Shown one piece after another: positions 8,739-19,107 of a DNA stretch of 64,000 nt. A model generated the notes under the pieces. That model saw nothing but the letters and a program-made list of their open reading frames with translations. It did not search any database and was not told where the DNA came from. Numbering within the stretch: the first letter of the stretch is position 1; every line of letters starts with the position of its first letter. This DNA comes from a phage, in the NCBI GenBank assembly GCA_017822615.1, contig GCA_017822615.1_4530.1, one strand, 5' to 3'. The translations under genes were made by a program, and so were the position numbers.

Positions 8739-9694
8739 GCAGATTAACAGAAGAGCAGAAAGCAGATATCCTTAGTATGAGTGCAGAGGGTATGTCTTCT
8801 CGCAATATTGCAGCAATTGTTTTAGGTAGTCCAACAAGAAAAAGCACAGTGAACGATTTCCTTGCACGATTCGGAGCAAGTAAACAAGAGCCAGTTAAAA
8901 AGAAACAACCAGTTATTAAAATTATTGATGTTGAAACTGCACCAGAGATTGCATATACTTTCCGTCGATTCAAAGCCTTCATTTCTCCAGATCAAGTAAT
9001 TCGTAGGGGTTATTTGTTATCTTACTCTTCTGCCGACCTGTATACTGGTGAAGTGGAAGGTAAGAACTTGTCTTCTTATCCTCTTTTTGATATTGATCAT
9101 ACAGATGATTGGGAGCTTTGCCAAGATCTTTGGAACCTTCTGAATGAGGCAGATGTAGTTGTGGCACACAACGGATATAAGTTTGACCGTGCATACATTA
9201 ACCAACGATTTGCATATCACGATATGGCTCCTCCTTCTAATTATGTAGTTGTTGATACATTGAAGGCAGCTAAGAAACAATTTGCACTTCCTTCCAACTC
9301 CCTTAAAGAAATGGGAGCATATTTCGAAACAGAAAGTGAAAAACTGGATAACGAGGGGTTCCCTTTATGGAAAGCATGTTGTGAAGGTGATCGTGATGCT
9401 TTTGAACGTATGCAGATTTACAATGATGGTGATGTTGTTTCGCTCCGTGATTTGTATATGAAAATCCTTCCGTGGATTCCACAGCATCCTAACTTATCCG
9501 CTTATTACACAGATGAGAAGGTCCGTTGTTCTCGTTGTGGCAGTGATCACGTTCACGTTGTTACTGGTAAACAATACCACACTGCGGTAAGTTCTTTCGA
9601 TATCATTCGTTGTGAATCTTGTGGAGGTTTGTCACGTAGTAGAGCAAACACCAGATCCAAAGATAAACGAGCAGCAACTATTATTGGAATCTAA
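8735..9694 (+). CDS. DnaQ-like 3'-5' exonuclease with N-terminal HTH and C-terminal Zn-ribbon
   Basis: Exo motifs IIDVETAP, AHNGYKFD, LRDLY; C-terminal CSRCG...CESCG. Confidence 0.6.
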   Translation: MSRLTEEQKADILSMSAEGMSSRNIAAIVLGSPTRKSTVNDFLARFGASKQEPVKKKQPVIKIIDVETAPEIAYTFRRFKAFISPDQVIRRGYLLSYSSADLYTGEVEGKNLSSYPLFDIDHTDDWELCQDLWNLLNEADVVVAHNGYKFDRAYINQRFAYHDMAPPSNYVVVDTLKAAKKQFALPSNSLKEMGAYFETESEKLDNEGFPLWKACCEGDRDAFERMQIYNDGDVVSLRDLYMKILPWIPQHPNLSAYYTDEKVRCSRCGSDHVHVVTGKQYHTAVSSFDIIRCESCGGLSRSRANTRSKDKRAATIIGI

Positions 9695-9700
9695 TAATCA

Positions 9701-9723
9701 GGGAGCTTATTGCTCCCTTTTTT
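9701..9723 (+). terminator. rho-independent terminator
   Basis: Hairpin gggagc-ttatt-gctccc followed by T6. Confidence 0.7.
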
Positions 9724-9724
9724 A

Positions 9725-9753
9725 TTGACAAAAATTTGATATTAGTGTATACT
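9725..9753 (+). promoter_or_regulatory. consensus sigma70 promoter
   Basis: TTGACA 9725-9730, 17-nt spacer, TATACT 9748-9753. Confidence 0.65.
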
Positions 9754-9780
9754 CTGCTAACCACAATAAAAGGAGGAAAT

Positions 9781-10008
9781 ATGAGCATTACATTAACAGG
9801 TAACGAAATTTTCGAACTGTTTGAAATGTTAGGTTTAAACTACACCATCGAGAAAGACCCAGATTTACTTGACGTTAAAATAACAATTCAAGAAGATACA
9901 GCAATCTACAATGATGATGGTGATGTTATCTATCAAGGTAGGGTAGCTTATTATACAGATTACCCAGAAGAAGGCGCAGTAGGAATTCAGGAGGAAAATT
10001 ATGTCTAA
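9781..10008 (+). CDS. hypothetical protein
   Basis: ATG 9781 after aaaggagg; track ORF 9736 overlaps the promoter, so the shorter start is preferred. Confidence 0.6.
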   Translation: MSITLTGNEIFELFEMLGLNYTIEKDPDLLDVKITIQEDTAIYNDDGDVIYQGRVAYYTDYPEEGAVGIQEENYV

Positions 10009-10402
10009 TGCTTTTGATAATCAGGTTGACGGTGATCACTACACAAAAATGGCAATGCAACCTATCGAACTAACTTATTTGGTTGGTGGCACACCTTGTT
10101 TTTGCAAATTGGCAAAATACGCAACACGTATTAAAGGTGAACGTCAGATTAACCTAGATAAAGCTATTCATTGTATCGAACTAGAAAGAACCCTTATGCA
10201 AAATAACACGTATATGGTTCGTGAAAATTATCCATCTATGACAAATGCAGCTAAACATGATCAAGCTATGCTTCTTATTGATTTCTTCACAAAAGATCCT
10301 TTAATCCGAGTGGCACTGAAACACATGTATAACTCTTCTTATGTAGATGCAGTTGAAGCTATTAAACAACTTAAGGAACGTATTAGTGGCGAGCAATACT
10401 AA
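10001..10402 (+). CDS. DUF3310-like protein
   Basis: GDHYTKMAMQPIE matches the G-x-HY...QPIE signature recalled for DUF3310. Confidence 0.55.
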   Translation: MSNAFDNQVDGDHYTKMAMQPIELTYLVGGTPCFCKLAKYATRIKGERQINLDKAIHCIELERTLMQNNTYMVRENYPSMTNAAKHDQAMLLIDFFTKDPLIRVALKHMYNSSYVDAVEAIKQLKERISGEQY

Positions 10403-10491
10403 ACAATATGGAGCAGGAGAAGTTTATAAAATATTCAACCGAAAAGGTGATAAACTTTTACTAACTTTGACTATTCCAGAAACAATGTGCA

Positions 10492-10520
10492 AGGCGGGGT
10501 TAGACCGCCTTTTGTTTTTT
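10492..10520 (+). terminator. rho-independent terminator
   Basis: Hairpin aggcgg...ccgcct followed by tttgtttttt. Confidence 0.65.
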
Positions 10521-10569
10521 AAACACAATATCCCACCAGGGGAATATACAGCTAAAAAGGTGAGCAATA

Positions 10570-11145
10570 TTGGCAGGTGAACCAAAAATAATGTGGGGTG
10601 AAGGAACACCCTGGAAAACACAAGCGGAATTTTATACTTATCTTAGAGGATGTTTTAGAAAAGCATGGATGAGACACCCTAATAAAATTAAGGTTATCAA
10701 TGCAAGGCGTTTTAAAGTTGATCGCGTAGATAAAGACGGCAATGTGATGATAGACAAGAAAACTGGAAAACCAAAACAAGTTTGGAATTGTGAGTGCGAA
10801 ATATGTGGACATAGAGGAGGAATGAAAGACTTCCAAGTGGATCATATTCACGCAGCAAAACAACTTCAATGTTTTGATGATATTCCTCTTTTTGTTTTCC
10901 GTTTAATCTATGTGAAAGAAGAAGATTTGCGAATGGTTTGTAAATTGTGCAACTCTATTCTTGCTTATGCAGACAAGCAAGGCATATCTTTTGAAGAAGC
11001 GAAAGCTGAAAAAGAAGCAATAGCTTTGTGTAGAGCTAAGAAAGATAAAGCTTGGTTGAAGAAGCGTAAAATAGAACCTGAAAGCACAGTAGCGAAACGC
11101 CGCAAACAAATAGTCAAAATCCTATTGCAGGAAATTGAAAGTTAG
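10570..11145 (+). CDS. HNH homing-type endonuclease
   Basis: CECEICGH...QVDHIHAA (Cys pair plus His-x-His); TTG start after aaggtga. Confidence 0.6.
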   Translation: MAGEPKIMWGEGTPWKTQAEFYTYLRGCFRKAWMRHPNKIKVINARRFKVDRVDKDGNVMIDKKTGKPKQVWNCECEICGHRGGMKDFQVDHIHAAKQLQCFDDIPLFVFRLIYVKEEDLRMVCKLCNSILAYADKQGISFEEAKAEKEAIALCRAKKDKAWLKKRKIEPESTVAKRRKQIVKILLQEIES

Positions 11146-11181
11146 TATAAGATAACTATACTAAAAGAGAGAGGAGGTTTT

Positions 11182-11791
11182 ATGCAGATAGTATGTGATT
11201 GGGATTTAGTTGTGGCTCCATTAGATGTTGCTTGGTTAGAATGGTTGAATAAGATTAGTGGACTTGGTGTTAAGATAGACACATTCACAAAAAAATGCAG
11301 ACTATGATCTTACCAACTACTTTCCTGGGTTCAGGGAGGAGTTCAATATAGATCCTTACGGATTTCTGGATAATCCTCATCTCTATGATACAATGGGTTT
11401 TGTTCCAGGTATGCCAGATTTCTTAAAGTATGTTTCAAGGAAAGGTAGCAATCTTTTGATCGCAAGTGTGACAAAAGGTGGTCACTTAAGTTCTAAACAT
11501 AAGCATGTTTTAAGAACGTTAGATACGATTGATTTTAGCAAAGGATCTGGTAACGGCTTTTTTGCTACGAAAGAAAAATACTTATTGCCTTGTGATATAG
11601 CAATAGATGACAGGGCTGATAACCTACTATATTTTCCAGATGAAGTGGTTAAAATATATTTTAATACGCCTTATAAAGATAACCATCTAGAAGAACTAAA
11701 GAAAAAACCAAATGTTGTGATCACAGGTTTAGAAGATCAGTGGCTAACATGTTTGGATGTTTTTAACACTTTGAACAATTTTAAAAACTAA
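11182..11791 (+). pseudogene. HAD-family 5'(3')-deoxyribonucleotidase interrupted by a +1 frameshift at an A7 run
   Basis: N-terminal ORF 11182-11307 carries DWDLV (HAD motif I); C-terminal frame (open from 11279, track ORF 11393..11791) carries IASVTKG and IDD. Frames differ by +1 at A7 11289-11295. Confidence 0.55.
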
Positions 11792-11800
11792 GGAGAAAAA

Positions 11801-12799
11801 ATGACAAAACAGATTTCGGCTAGTATTATTGCGCATTCCATCACTGAAGACGGAAAAGAGATTGTAACTTTTGAACTAGAGTATCCACGTATTATTCATT
11901 CAGAATTGATGACTCACCGCCTGTTCAGTCGTAATGCTGCTTCTAGCCGTGCTATACCTGTTAAAACACTGATTGAAATGGTGCGAAGTCAACCTGCTCG
12001 TCCTTATCGTTTTGGGGCTAACCAACCTGGTATGCAGGATAAAGGTGTTGACCATGATGCTCTTATTGATGCAGGTTATACTGCTCAAGAGTGGTGGGAT
12101 CTTGCCGCGCTTAGTGCAGCACGTTTTGCAGAAGAATTCTCTTTGGCAGGGTACCACAAACAAGTTGCAAACCGTCTTCTGGAACCTTTCCAACGAATTA
12201 AAACAGTTCTGACAGCAACAGAATATGAAAATTTCTGGTGGCTACGTGATGACAAAGAAGCCGATCCTACTATCGAGGCTTTGGCTAAAGAGATGCACAA
12301 AGAGTATGAAGAATCTACACCAGAAGTGCTGAAACCAGGGCAATGGCACACACCTTATGTAGACCATTTCTATGATAGTATTGGCACAGAAGGTGACGAT
12401 CATTTTGTTTTTGGTGGATACTATGTTCAAGATGAATCTGGAGAAGTTGTTGTGCTTACTTTGGAAGAAGCCAAAGCTATTTCAGCTTCGTGTTGTGCAC
12501 AGGTTAGCTATCGTCGTTTGAATGCAACTAAAGATAAAGCTTTAGATATCTATGGTCGTTTGCTAACTGGGCGCAAGGTTCATGCTTCTCCGTTTGAACA
12601 TCAAGCCACCCCAATGCAAGAAACATGCGAACAATACGGAGAGAACTGTTTTGAAGATTTGTTTATCAATGCTCCTTGGGATTTTAACTCTTGGGAACCA
12701 GGTATTACCCATGTAGATCGTAATGGTAAGTTTTGGTCTGGCAATTTCAAAGGCTGGATTCAACATCGTCAACTTTTAACAAATCATACTAAATGGTGA
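11801..12799 (+). CDS. thyX: flavin-dependent thymidylate synthase ThyX
   Basis: RHRLFSRNAASSRAIP matches the ThyX RHRxxSxxxxSxR signature; RBS aaggag. Confidence 0.9.
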   Translation: MTKQISASIIAHSITEDGKEIVTFELEYPRIIHSELMTHRLFSRNAASSRAIPVKTLIEMVRSQPARPYRFGANQPGMQDKGVDHDALIDAGYTAQEWWDLAALSAARFAEEFSLAGYHKQVANRLLEPFQRIKTVLTATEYENFWWLRDDKEADPTIEALAKEMHKEYEESTPEVLKPGQWHTPYVDHFYDSIGTEGDDHFVFGGYYVQDESGEVVVLTLEEAKAISASCCAQVSYRRLNATKDKALDIYGRLLTGRKVHASPFEHQATPMQETCEQYGENCFEDLFINAPWDFNSWEPGITHVDRNGKFWSGNFKGWIQHRQLLTNHTKW

Positions 12800-12815
12800 T
12801 CTGTTTAAATAGTTA

Positions 12816-12876
12816 TTGACTTTAGTATTAGTTTTAGTATAATATAGCACAATACTGGGAGGAGGTGAGTCCTCCC
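12816..12876 (+). promoter_or_regulatory. sigma70-type promoter with 5'-UTR hairpin
   Basis: TTGACT 12816-12821, 16-nt spacer, TATAAT 12838-12843; hairpin gggagga...tcctccc 12857-12876. Confidence 0.6.
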
Positions 12877-12897
12877 ATTCAAAATGAAGGAGAAAAT

Positions 12898-13308
12898 ATG
12901 TCATTAGTAAATACTACAACTTGGGCTACCGTAAGCATGTCTACTGTAATGTCTACCCCTATCTGGAAACTAGAATCAAATAAACACAATGGTAATATCC
13001 CACACGAGAAACAAAATGCTGTTATTAGAGCGTCGCTTGTAATGCTGGGTATGGCTGAAGATTCACACTATTCTGTTGAGCGTAATGTGAATATCCGAAG
13101 CAATAACGATAAGCGAGTAGTGTTTGCAAATACAACGCTTTTCACTTTCCCTGTTTCACCTAATTGTGGTTTTAAACGAATCTATCAAGAAAATGATATT
13201 TTTCATTTTGGTGATGAAGAATTTACAGGTTGGGGTGCGTCACATATTAAGATGGATGATTTCGGTAACTCTTATGATCCTGCGAAAGCAGATGATACTA
13301 ATCAATGA
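12898..13308 (+). CDS. hypothetical protein
   Basis: ATG 12898 after aaggag; track ORF 12865 overlaps the UTR hairpin. Confidence 0.6.
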   Translation: MSLVNTTTWATVSMSTVMSTPIWKLESNKHNGNIPHEKQNAVIRASLVMLGMAEDSHYSVERNVNIRSNNDKRVVFANTTLFTFPVSPNCGFKRIYQENDIFHFGDEEFTGWGASHIKMDDFGNSYDPAKADDTNQ

Positions 13309-13559
13309 GAGGGACAATGACTGATAATAAATATGAAGGCTGTGAAATCGAAGTCTATTTTGATGAAACTGTTGGTTGTAATGTAACTGTAATTCTAGAC
13401 ACTTCAAAACGTTTATCTCCTAAAAGACAAGAAGCAGACCGTCGAGCAAAAGCAAAAGGGTTTGATGACATAACTCATTTTGAAGGTTTTCTATATGCTA
13501 ATGGACTTTTTAATGAAATGAAGTTCGGTTATGATGTAGATGTTTTGAATATGCATTAA
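13305..13559 (+). CDS. hypothetical protein
   Basis: ORF track; ATGA start/stop overlap; alternative ATG 13317. Confidence 0.5.
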   Translation: MRGTMTDNKYEGCEIEVYFDETVGCNVTVILDTSKRLSPKRQEADRRAKAKGFDDITHFEGFLYANGLFNEMKFGYDVDVLNMH

Positions 13560-13575
13560 TAATAGGGAGGAGAAG

Positions 13576-15822
13576 TTGATTCGTTTTGTAACTAAATCTA
13601 ACGGTAAGACAGAGGAGTTTAATCCAGAAAAACTTCGCAAGTGGTCTGAATTTGCAGCAGGTAAACTAAACTGGTCTGAAATTGAATTAGAAGCTGTGAA
13701 GCGGTGTTATGACGGTGTGTCTACACGTGATCTGCATAAAGCAATGATTGCAGCGTGTATTGACAAGAAAACACAAGCTTACAGTGATATGGCAGGAAGA
13801 CTTCTTCTGGGTATGATTTACAAACAGGCTCATGGGGGATACCACAGTATCCCTTCACTGAATACCTTTTATCATGATATGGTAGAACGTGGACATTGGG
13901 CTAAAATGGATTATACTGATGAAGAGATCAAAGAAATCGGTAAGATTGTAAAGCATAATAAAAATCTAACTTATGGTTATTCTGTTTTACGTCAGATGGT
14001 AGATAAATATCTTATTCGAGATGCAGTAAACGATGTGGTGCATGAGTCTCCACAGTTTCTTTTCATTGGTATCGCAATGAAGGTTATGGAGATCCAACCA
14101 AAAGAACGCCGTATAGAAGATATTAAAAAACTTTATACTTATGTTAGCGATCTTAAGATTAATCTGCCATCGCCGTATCTGACAACTCTACGAACTCCAA
14201 TCAAAGGAAGTGCGTCTTGTTGTTTGTTCCGTGCAGACGATACGGCAGAGTCTTTAGCCATTGCTAATTACTTAGCTCATGAGTATACGTTGAATAACGC
14301 AGGTATTGGTGTTAATCTTCAAACTCGTGCCACAGGTCAAGGTGTTAAGAATAATCGTATTATTCATGGTGGTCTTCTTCCATATCTGAAATGGATGGAA
14401 GATAGTGTTGGAGCTTCGAAGCAAGCAAGCCGTGGAGGTAGTGCTACAGTTACCTTTACCATACTTGAACCAGACTTCGACGATCTGATTCGACTGAAGA
14501 ATCCAACAACACCTATAGATAAACGAGTGGATAAACTAGATTATTCTATTGTTGTTAACCGTTCGTTCTTGCGTAGAGCAGCAAAAAACGAAGACTGGAT
14601 GTTAGTTAGTTGTGATGATGCTCCTGAACTTTATGAAGCCTTGTATAAAAGTGAAGAAGAGTTTGATGCAGTTTATGACAAAGTAAGCCGTCGTCGCATT
14701 AAGAAAAAATTTGTTAAGGCTCGTGATCTTCTGACAGAGATTATTGTTCAACGTGCAGAAACAGGACGTATTTACATGTTCTTTGCTGACAACGTTAACA
14801 ACCATACACCTTTCCTGGATACGGTGTATCAATCAAACCTGTGTCAAGAGATCTTCTTACCAACTAAAGCTTTCCACAGTATGCCGGATCTCTTTACTGG
14901 TGAGAATACAGAAGATCAAGAATTGGCTTTATGCTTCTTATCTTCTATTGTCGCTGGTCGTGTCTTACCTGAAGAATATGAGGATGTTGCATACTACACT
15001 GTATTGACAATTGACAACGTTATTGAAACAATGGATTATCCATTTAAACATAACGAAATAACTGCTAAAGCACGTAGATCTATTGGTGTAGGTATTACAA
15101 ACTTAGCGCATTATTTGGCAAGTAATTTTGTAAATTATTCAGATGCTTATGCTAAAAAATTAATGCATGAACTTGCAGAACGTCATTACTTTTGGTTGGC
15201 AAAAGCCTCTCTGCGTCTGGCTAAGGAAAAAGGTAATGCAGAATGGATCGATAAGACCAAATGGCCTCAAGGTTGGCTACCAATTGACACTTATGCTAAA
15301 ACAGTAGATAGTATCGGTAATTTTGATCTTAAAATGGACTGGGAAGGCTTACGTGCTGAAATCATTGAACAAGGTGGTATCCGTAACAGTGTCTTGGCTG
15401 CTATTGCACCTAATGAGTCCAGCAGTTTGGTAAGCAATACTACTAACTCTCTGTACCCTGTTCGTGATACTATTATGTATAAACAAAGTCAGAAAGGTAG
15501 CGTATTATTTATTGTTCCAGATTATGAAAAACTGAAAATGTTCTACCAGTCTGCCTGGGACACTCCGGCTAAAGATCTTGCAGAAATGTATGGTATCTTT
15601 ACCAAGTTTACGGACCAAGGAATTTCTTGTGATTCTTGGCTAGATTATTCTAAATTGGTAGGTGGACGTTTATCAGTGAAAGCTGAGATGCAGTTTATTC
15701 TGAATTTTGCTAGACTGGGTGGCAAGTCATTGTATTACCTTAACAGTAGAACAAAATCAGCAGACTCTTTAGCACAAGAAGATAACTTAAAAGAATCTGG
15801 TTGTGAAGGCTGCTCTATGTGA
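13576..15822 (+). CDS. nrdA: ribonucleotide reductase class Ia alpha subunit
   Basis: 748 aa; ATP-cone-like N-terminus; NLCQEIFL active-site motif; TTG start after gggaggag. Confidence 0.9.
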   Translation: MIRFVTKSNGKTEEFNPEKLRKWSEFAAGKLNWSEIELEAVKRCYDGVSTRDLHKAMIAACIDKKTQAYSDMAGRLLLGMIYKQAHGGYHSIPSLNTFYHDMVERGHWAKMDYTDEEIKEIGKIVKHNKNLTYGYSVLRQMVDKYLIRDAVNDVVHESPQFLFIGIAMKVMEIQPKERRIEDIKKLYTYVSDLKINLPSPYLTTLRTPIKGSASCCLFRADDTAESLAIANYLAHEYTLNNAGIGVNLQTRATGQGVKNNRIIHGGLLPYLKWMEDSVGASKQASRGGSATVTFTILEPDFDDLIRLKNPTTPIDKRVDKLDYSIVVNRSFLRRAAKNEDWMLVSCDDAPELYEALYKSEEEFDAVYDKVSRRRIKKKFVKARDLLTEIIVQRAETGRIYMFFADNVNNHTPFLDTVYQSNLCQEIFLPTKAFHSMPDLFTGENTEDQELALCFLSSIVAGRVLPEEYEDVAYYTVLTIDNVIETMDYPFKHNEITAKARRSIGVGITNLAHYLASNFVNYSDAYAKKLMHELAERHYFWLAKASLRLAKEKGNAEWIDKTKWPQGWLPIDTYAKTVDSIGNFDLKMDWEGLRAEIIEQGGIRNSVLAAIAPNESSSLVSNTTNSLYPVRDTIMYKQSQKGSVLFIVPDYEKLKMFYQSAWDTPAKDLAEMYGIFTKFTDQGISCDSWLDYSKLVGGRLSVKAEMQFILNFARLGGKSLYYLNSRTKSADSLAQEDNLKESGCEGCSM

Positions 15823-15828
15823 TATCAA

Positions 15829-15850
15829 GGGGCTTCGGCCCCTTTATTTT
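15829..15850 (+). terminator. rho-independent terminator (UUCG tetraloop)
   Basis: ggggcttcggcccc followed by tttatttt. Confidence 0.7.
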
Positions 15851-15863
15851 CTAAGGAGAAAAT

Positions 15864-16202
15864 ATGGAAACATTAATAGTGTTACCAGGCGCATCACCTA
15901 TACATAAACGTGATGGAACCGTTATCTTGGTAGATTCCAAAGATTTTACTTTACATTGGTGTTGCAATTATATTGCTGCCTACCAACTTAGGGATATACA
16001 AATATGGGCTTCTGATGATCCTAGTGCAACGGCTTTTGCATTAGGTAGAGCAAGATCAGAAAATAACATAACAATAATCTTAACTAAAAGTGTATGGGAT
16101 GGTCTAGAAGGTGTTTATAAGATAGACGGAGCAAGCGAAGAAGATATTGCAGAACTTAAAAGCATGTGTTATATAGTGGAGGACTTAAATGGCAGCAATT
16201 AA
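15864..16202 (+). CDS. hypothetical protein between nrdA and nrdB
   Basis: ORF track; RBS aaggag. Confidence 0.6.
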   Translation: METLIVLPGASPIHKRDGTVILVDSKDFTLHWCCNYIAAYQLRDIQIWASDDPSATAFALGRARSENNITIILTKSVWDGLEGVYKIDGASEEDIAELKSMCYIVEDLNGSN

Positions 16203-17277
16203 TTTACACAATGAAGTTTACAAAACAGGAAAATATCCAGTATTTTTGGGGGAGCAATTAGGGATCTTTGATTCTGTTAACGTAACTTATCCAGAAATGC
16301 ACAAACTCTACAAACTTCAAAAAGCACAAGATTGGGATGAGAATGAAGTCAATCTGGATCAGACACGTAAAGATTTCGTAGCTTGTTCTAAAAACAACTA
16401 TGATGTTATGATTAAAAACTTATCGTTCCAATGGGAAAATGATTCTCTTGCAAAATCAATCATCACTTTGTTCTCTCCATTTTTGAGTAACAATGAAGCC
16501 TGTGCTATGATGATGAAGCAGAGTGAAATGGAAGTTCTCCATGCGTTAACGTATTCTGAAATAATCCGTCAATGTACTCCAGATCCAATTGAAGTCATCA
16601 ATCAGATTATGATTAATGATAAAATTTTCAATCGTATGGGTATCATTGCTGATATCATGGGTCAGTTGGAAGAAGCTGGTCATAAGTATGCTCTAGGATT
16701 GATTGAAGCTAACGATGAACTTCGACTGCTGATTCTTAAAGGGATGGTAGCCCTGATTGGATTAGAAGGTATTCAGTTTATATCTTCCTTCTCTGCTACT
16801 TTTGCTATGGCAGAACAACAACTGTTTGTTGGGGCTTGTAAACTGATCCAGAAAATTATGCTAGATGAAATCTTGCATGTTAAGATGGATTATGCTGTAA
16901 TTGATGCATTGATGCATGACCCAATTTGGCGTAAAATTTACGAAGACAATATTGAAGAGTTGACTTTGATCCTCGACACTGTTGTTGAACAAGAGGAACA
17001 GTGGTGTGACTACCTGTTTAGTGAAGGTCGTTTTATTGTAGGTCTTAACGCCGAATTGTCTAAACAGTGGGTTTATTTCAATGCTGCTCCTATTTATCGT
17101 CGATTGAAAATGAAAGCCAAGTTTAAAGCACCTAAACATAGCCCTTTAGCTTGGATGGAAAAATGGTTGAATCCTGATTTGATTCAGTCAGCAGCCCAAG
17201 AGATTCAGTTAACTAACTACAAATTGAATTCAGCTAACAAAGATCTCTCTGATGATGAGGAGCTTGACTTCGAATGA
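16189..17277 (+). CDS. nrdB: ribonucleotide reductase class Ia beta subunit
   Basis: 362 aa; E-x-x-H motifs (MEVLHALTYSEII); follows nrdA. Confidence 0.85.
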   Translation: MAAINLHNEVYKTGKYPVFLGEQLGIFDSVNVTYPEMHKLYKLQKAQDWDENEVNLDQTRKDFVACSKNNYDVMIKNLSFQWENDSLAKSIITLFSPFLSNNEACAMMMKQSEMEVLHALTYSEIIRQCTPDPIEVINQIMINDKIFNRMGIIADIMGQLEEAGHKYALGLIEANDELRLLILKGMVALIGLEGIQFISSFSATFAMAEQQLFVGACKLIQKIMLDEILHVKMDYAVIDALMHDPIWRKIYEDNIEELTLILDTVVEQEEQWCDYLFSEGRFIVGLNAELSKQWVYFNAAPIYRRLKMKAKFKAPKHSPLAWMEKWLNPDLIQSAAQEIQLTNYKLNSANKDLSDDEELDFE

Positions 17278-17483
17278 TTTTGAAATGTGTTGGTATAATC
17301 GACACATTCAAAGACGTTTTTGATAAAGGGGCTTCTTATGAAGCCTCTGAAATGAAGAATGGTTTTTGTGATGTATTCGGTAAACGCCTGAAGAAAAACG
17401 GCGATCCTTGGCTAGGAGTTATGTCTTGTGGTCATATTATTGTAAATGGTGTTGCCAAATTTGAAATAATTAAGGAGGAATAG
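17274..17483 (+). CDS. hypothetical protein
   Basis: ORF track; overlapping stop/start. Confidence 0.5.
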   Translation: MILKCVGIIDTFKDVFDKGASYEASEMKNGFCDVFGKRLKKNGDPWLGVMSCGHIIVNGVAKFEIIKEE

Positions 17484-17635
17484 TGGCTGAAAAACTTATT
17501 TTTTGTCCTGTGTGCGGTGGGACGGGACAGATGGAAGTGGAAATTATGGTAACATTTCCTTGCCTGAATTGTCATGGTGAGGGACGAGTAGTAGTCTTTG
17601 AAAAAGAAGGGTTGGAGGTAGAAGATGGAGAGTGA
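17483..17635 (+). CDS. small zinc-ribbon protein (50 aa)
   Basis: GTG after ttaaggagg; CPVCGG...CLNCHG; not in track. Confidence 0.4.
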   Translation: MAEKLIFCPVCGGTGQMEVEIMVTFPCLNCHGEGRVVVFEKEGLEVEDGE

Positions 17636-17789
17636 AAAAGAGTATGTTCGCATTCCACGAGAATTAACAGATCACATTGCAGAAGCAATAGCTTTCGAAG
17701 CTAGATGTTGTGGAGGCATTGCTTACAATATTTATGAAGCAATTATTAAAGCTGCTCAAGAAGAGGAGGAGATGAAAAATGGGTATTGA
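17625..17789 (+). CDS. small hypothetical protein (54 aa)
   Basis: ATG after ggaggtagaag; not in track. Confidence 0.3.
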   Translation: MESEKEYVRIPRELTDHIAEAIAFEARCCGGIAYNIYEAIIKAAQEEEEMKNGY

Positions 17790-18105
17790 TATCGAATGGC
17801 GTATGTTACAGGGTGCACCTTTAAATAAGTGGGAAGAGGCTGTAGGAGAAGATCCTAGAATTGAAGAAGAATTTGACGGAGATTTTAACTGGTTCTTACA
17901 AGAAGGTCTTGACTTAAGCCGCATCTCTCCTTTCTACGATGCGGATGAGTCTTATTGCATATATGGCCTTGATTTAGAAGGCGGAGAAGGAAGCATAGCT
18001 GTAGATCTTGAGCAATTGAATGAGAATGCAAAAGAAGCCTATGCAAAGCTACTTGAAAAATATAACATTAAAACGGAAACTATTATTTCTCAACATGTCT
18101 GGTAA
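17779..18105 (+). CDS. hypothetical acidic protein
   Basis: ORF track. Confidence 0.55.
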   Translation: MGIDIEWRMLQGAPLNKWEEAVGEDPRIEEEFDGDFNWFLQEGLDLSRISPFYDADESYCIYGLDLEGGEGSIAVDLEQLNENAKEAYAKLLEKYNIKTETIISQHVW

Positions 18106-18114
18106 GGAGAACTG

Positions 18115-19107
18115 ATGCGCTATCTGGTAACAGGTGGTCTTGGTTTTATTGGGAGTGCCGTGGTGCGCTCTCTTTGTCAAGATCCCAATAACGAAGTTTT
18201 TGTCGTTGATAAGATGGGCTATGCAGCAGATATTGAGAATGTAGGCGATATCACTCACGTTAAACTGAGCATAACAGATTTGGCAAACGAAACCCAGGTC
18301 AAAAGTTTAGTAGTAGAGTGCAATCCCGATTTCATCATTCACTTAGCGGCAGAGAGTCATGTGGATAATTCTATCAAGAATCCACGAGTTTTCATCGACT
18401 CCAATATTATTGGTACATACAATTTATTGGAAGCTGCAAGGCTCCTCCCAAAAAATAAACTTAAGATGTTCGTACATGTCTCCACAGACGAAGTGTACGG
18501 CGATATGGCAGACTCTGGCGTTCCCTTTACCGAAGAGACAGCTTATGCCCCTTCAAGCCCGTACAGTGCGTCTAAGGCAGCATCTGACCATCTTGTGAAA
18601 GCTTGGTACCGTACCTACGGTTTACCTGTTGTGATAACCAACTGCTCCAATAACTTTGGACCTTATCAACATCCAGAAAAGCTGATCCCAAAAATCATCA
18701 CAAGTATCTTGACGAATAAAGAGATTCCGGTGTATGGTAAAGGCGATCAGGTGCGAGACTGGCTTTTTGTTGAGGATCATGCGCGAGCTATTCTTCAAGT
18801 GGCAACAGGTGGAGAACCAGGTCAAACGTATAATGTTGGAACACGTAATCCCAAAACCAATATGGAGATCATCTATATGGTTTGTGACTACATGGATGCT
18901 GTACATCCAGAAGCAGGAACCTACCCTTCTTCCAACTTGATAACTTTTGTTGAAGATCGTAAAGGACATGACTTGCGTTATGAAATCAATCCTTCTAAAA
19001 TAGAGTCTGAACTGGGTTGGAGTGCAAACTCTACATTTGAACAAGATCTCTACTCAACGATTGAATGGTACTTAAACAACCCTCAATGGTGGAGTGAGAA
19101 GATTTAA
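18115..19107 (+). CDS. rmlB: dTDP-glucose 4,6-dehydratase
   Basis: [15 protein letters not shown]-binding motif; YSASKAASD (YxxxK). Confidence 0.9.
   Translation: MRYLVTGGLGFIGSAVVRSLCQDPNNEVFVVDKMGYAADIENVGDITHVKLSITDLANETQVKSLVVECNPDFIIHLAAESHVDNSIKNPRVFIDSNIIGTYNLLEAARLLPKNKLKMFVHVSTDEVYGDMADSGVPFTEETAYAPSSPYSASKAASDHLVKAWYRTYGLPVVITNCSNNFGPYQHPEKLIPKIITSILTNKEIPVYGKGDQVRDWLFVEDHARAILQVATGGEPGQTYNVGTRNPKTNMEIIYMVCDYMDAVHPEAGTYPSSNLITFVEDRKGHDLRYEINPSKIESELGWSANSTFEQDLYSTIEWYLNNPQWWSEKI

Noticed and set aside
10347-10580. ORF 10347..10580 (+)
   Set aside because: Overlaps the end of the DUF3310 gene and contains the rho-independent terminator at 10492-10520; unlikely to be translated.
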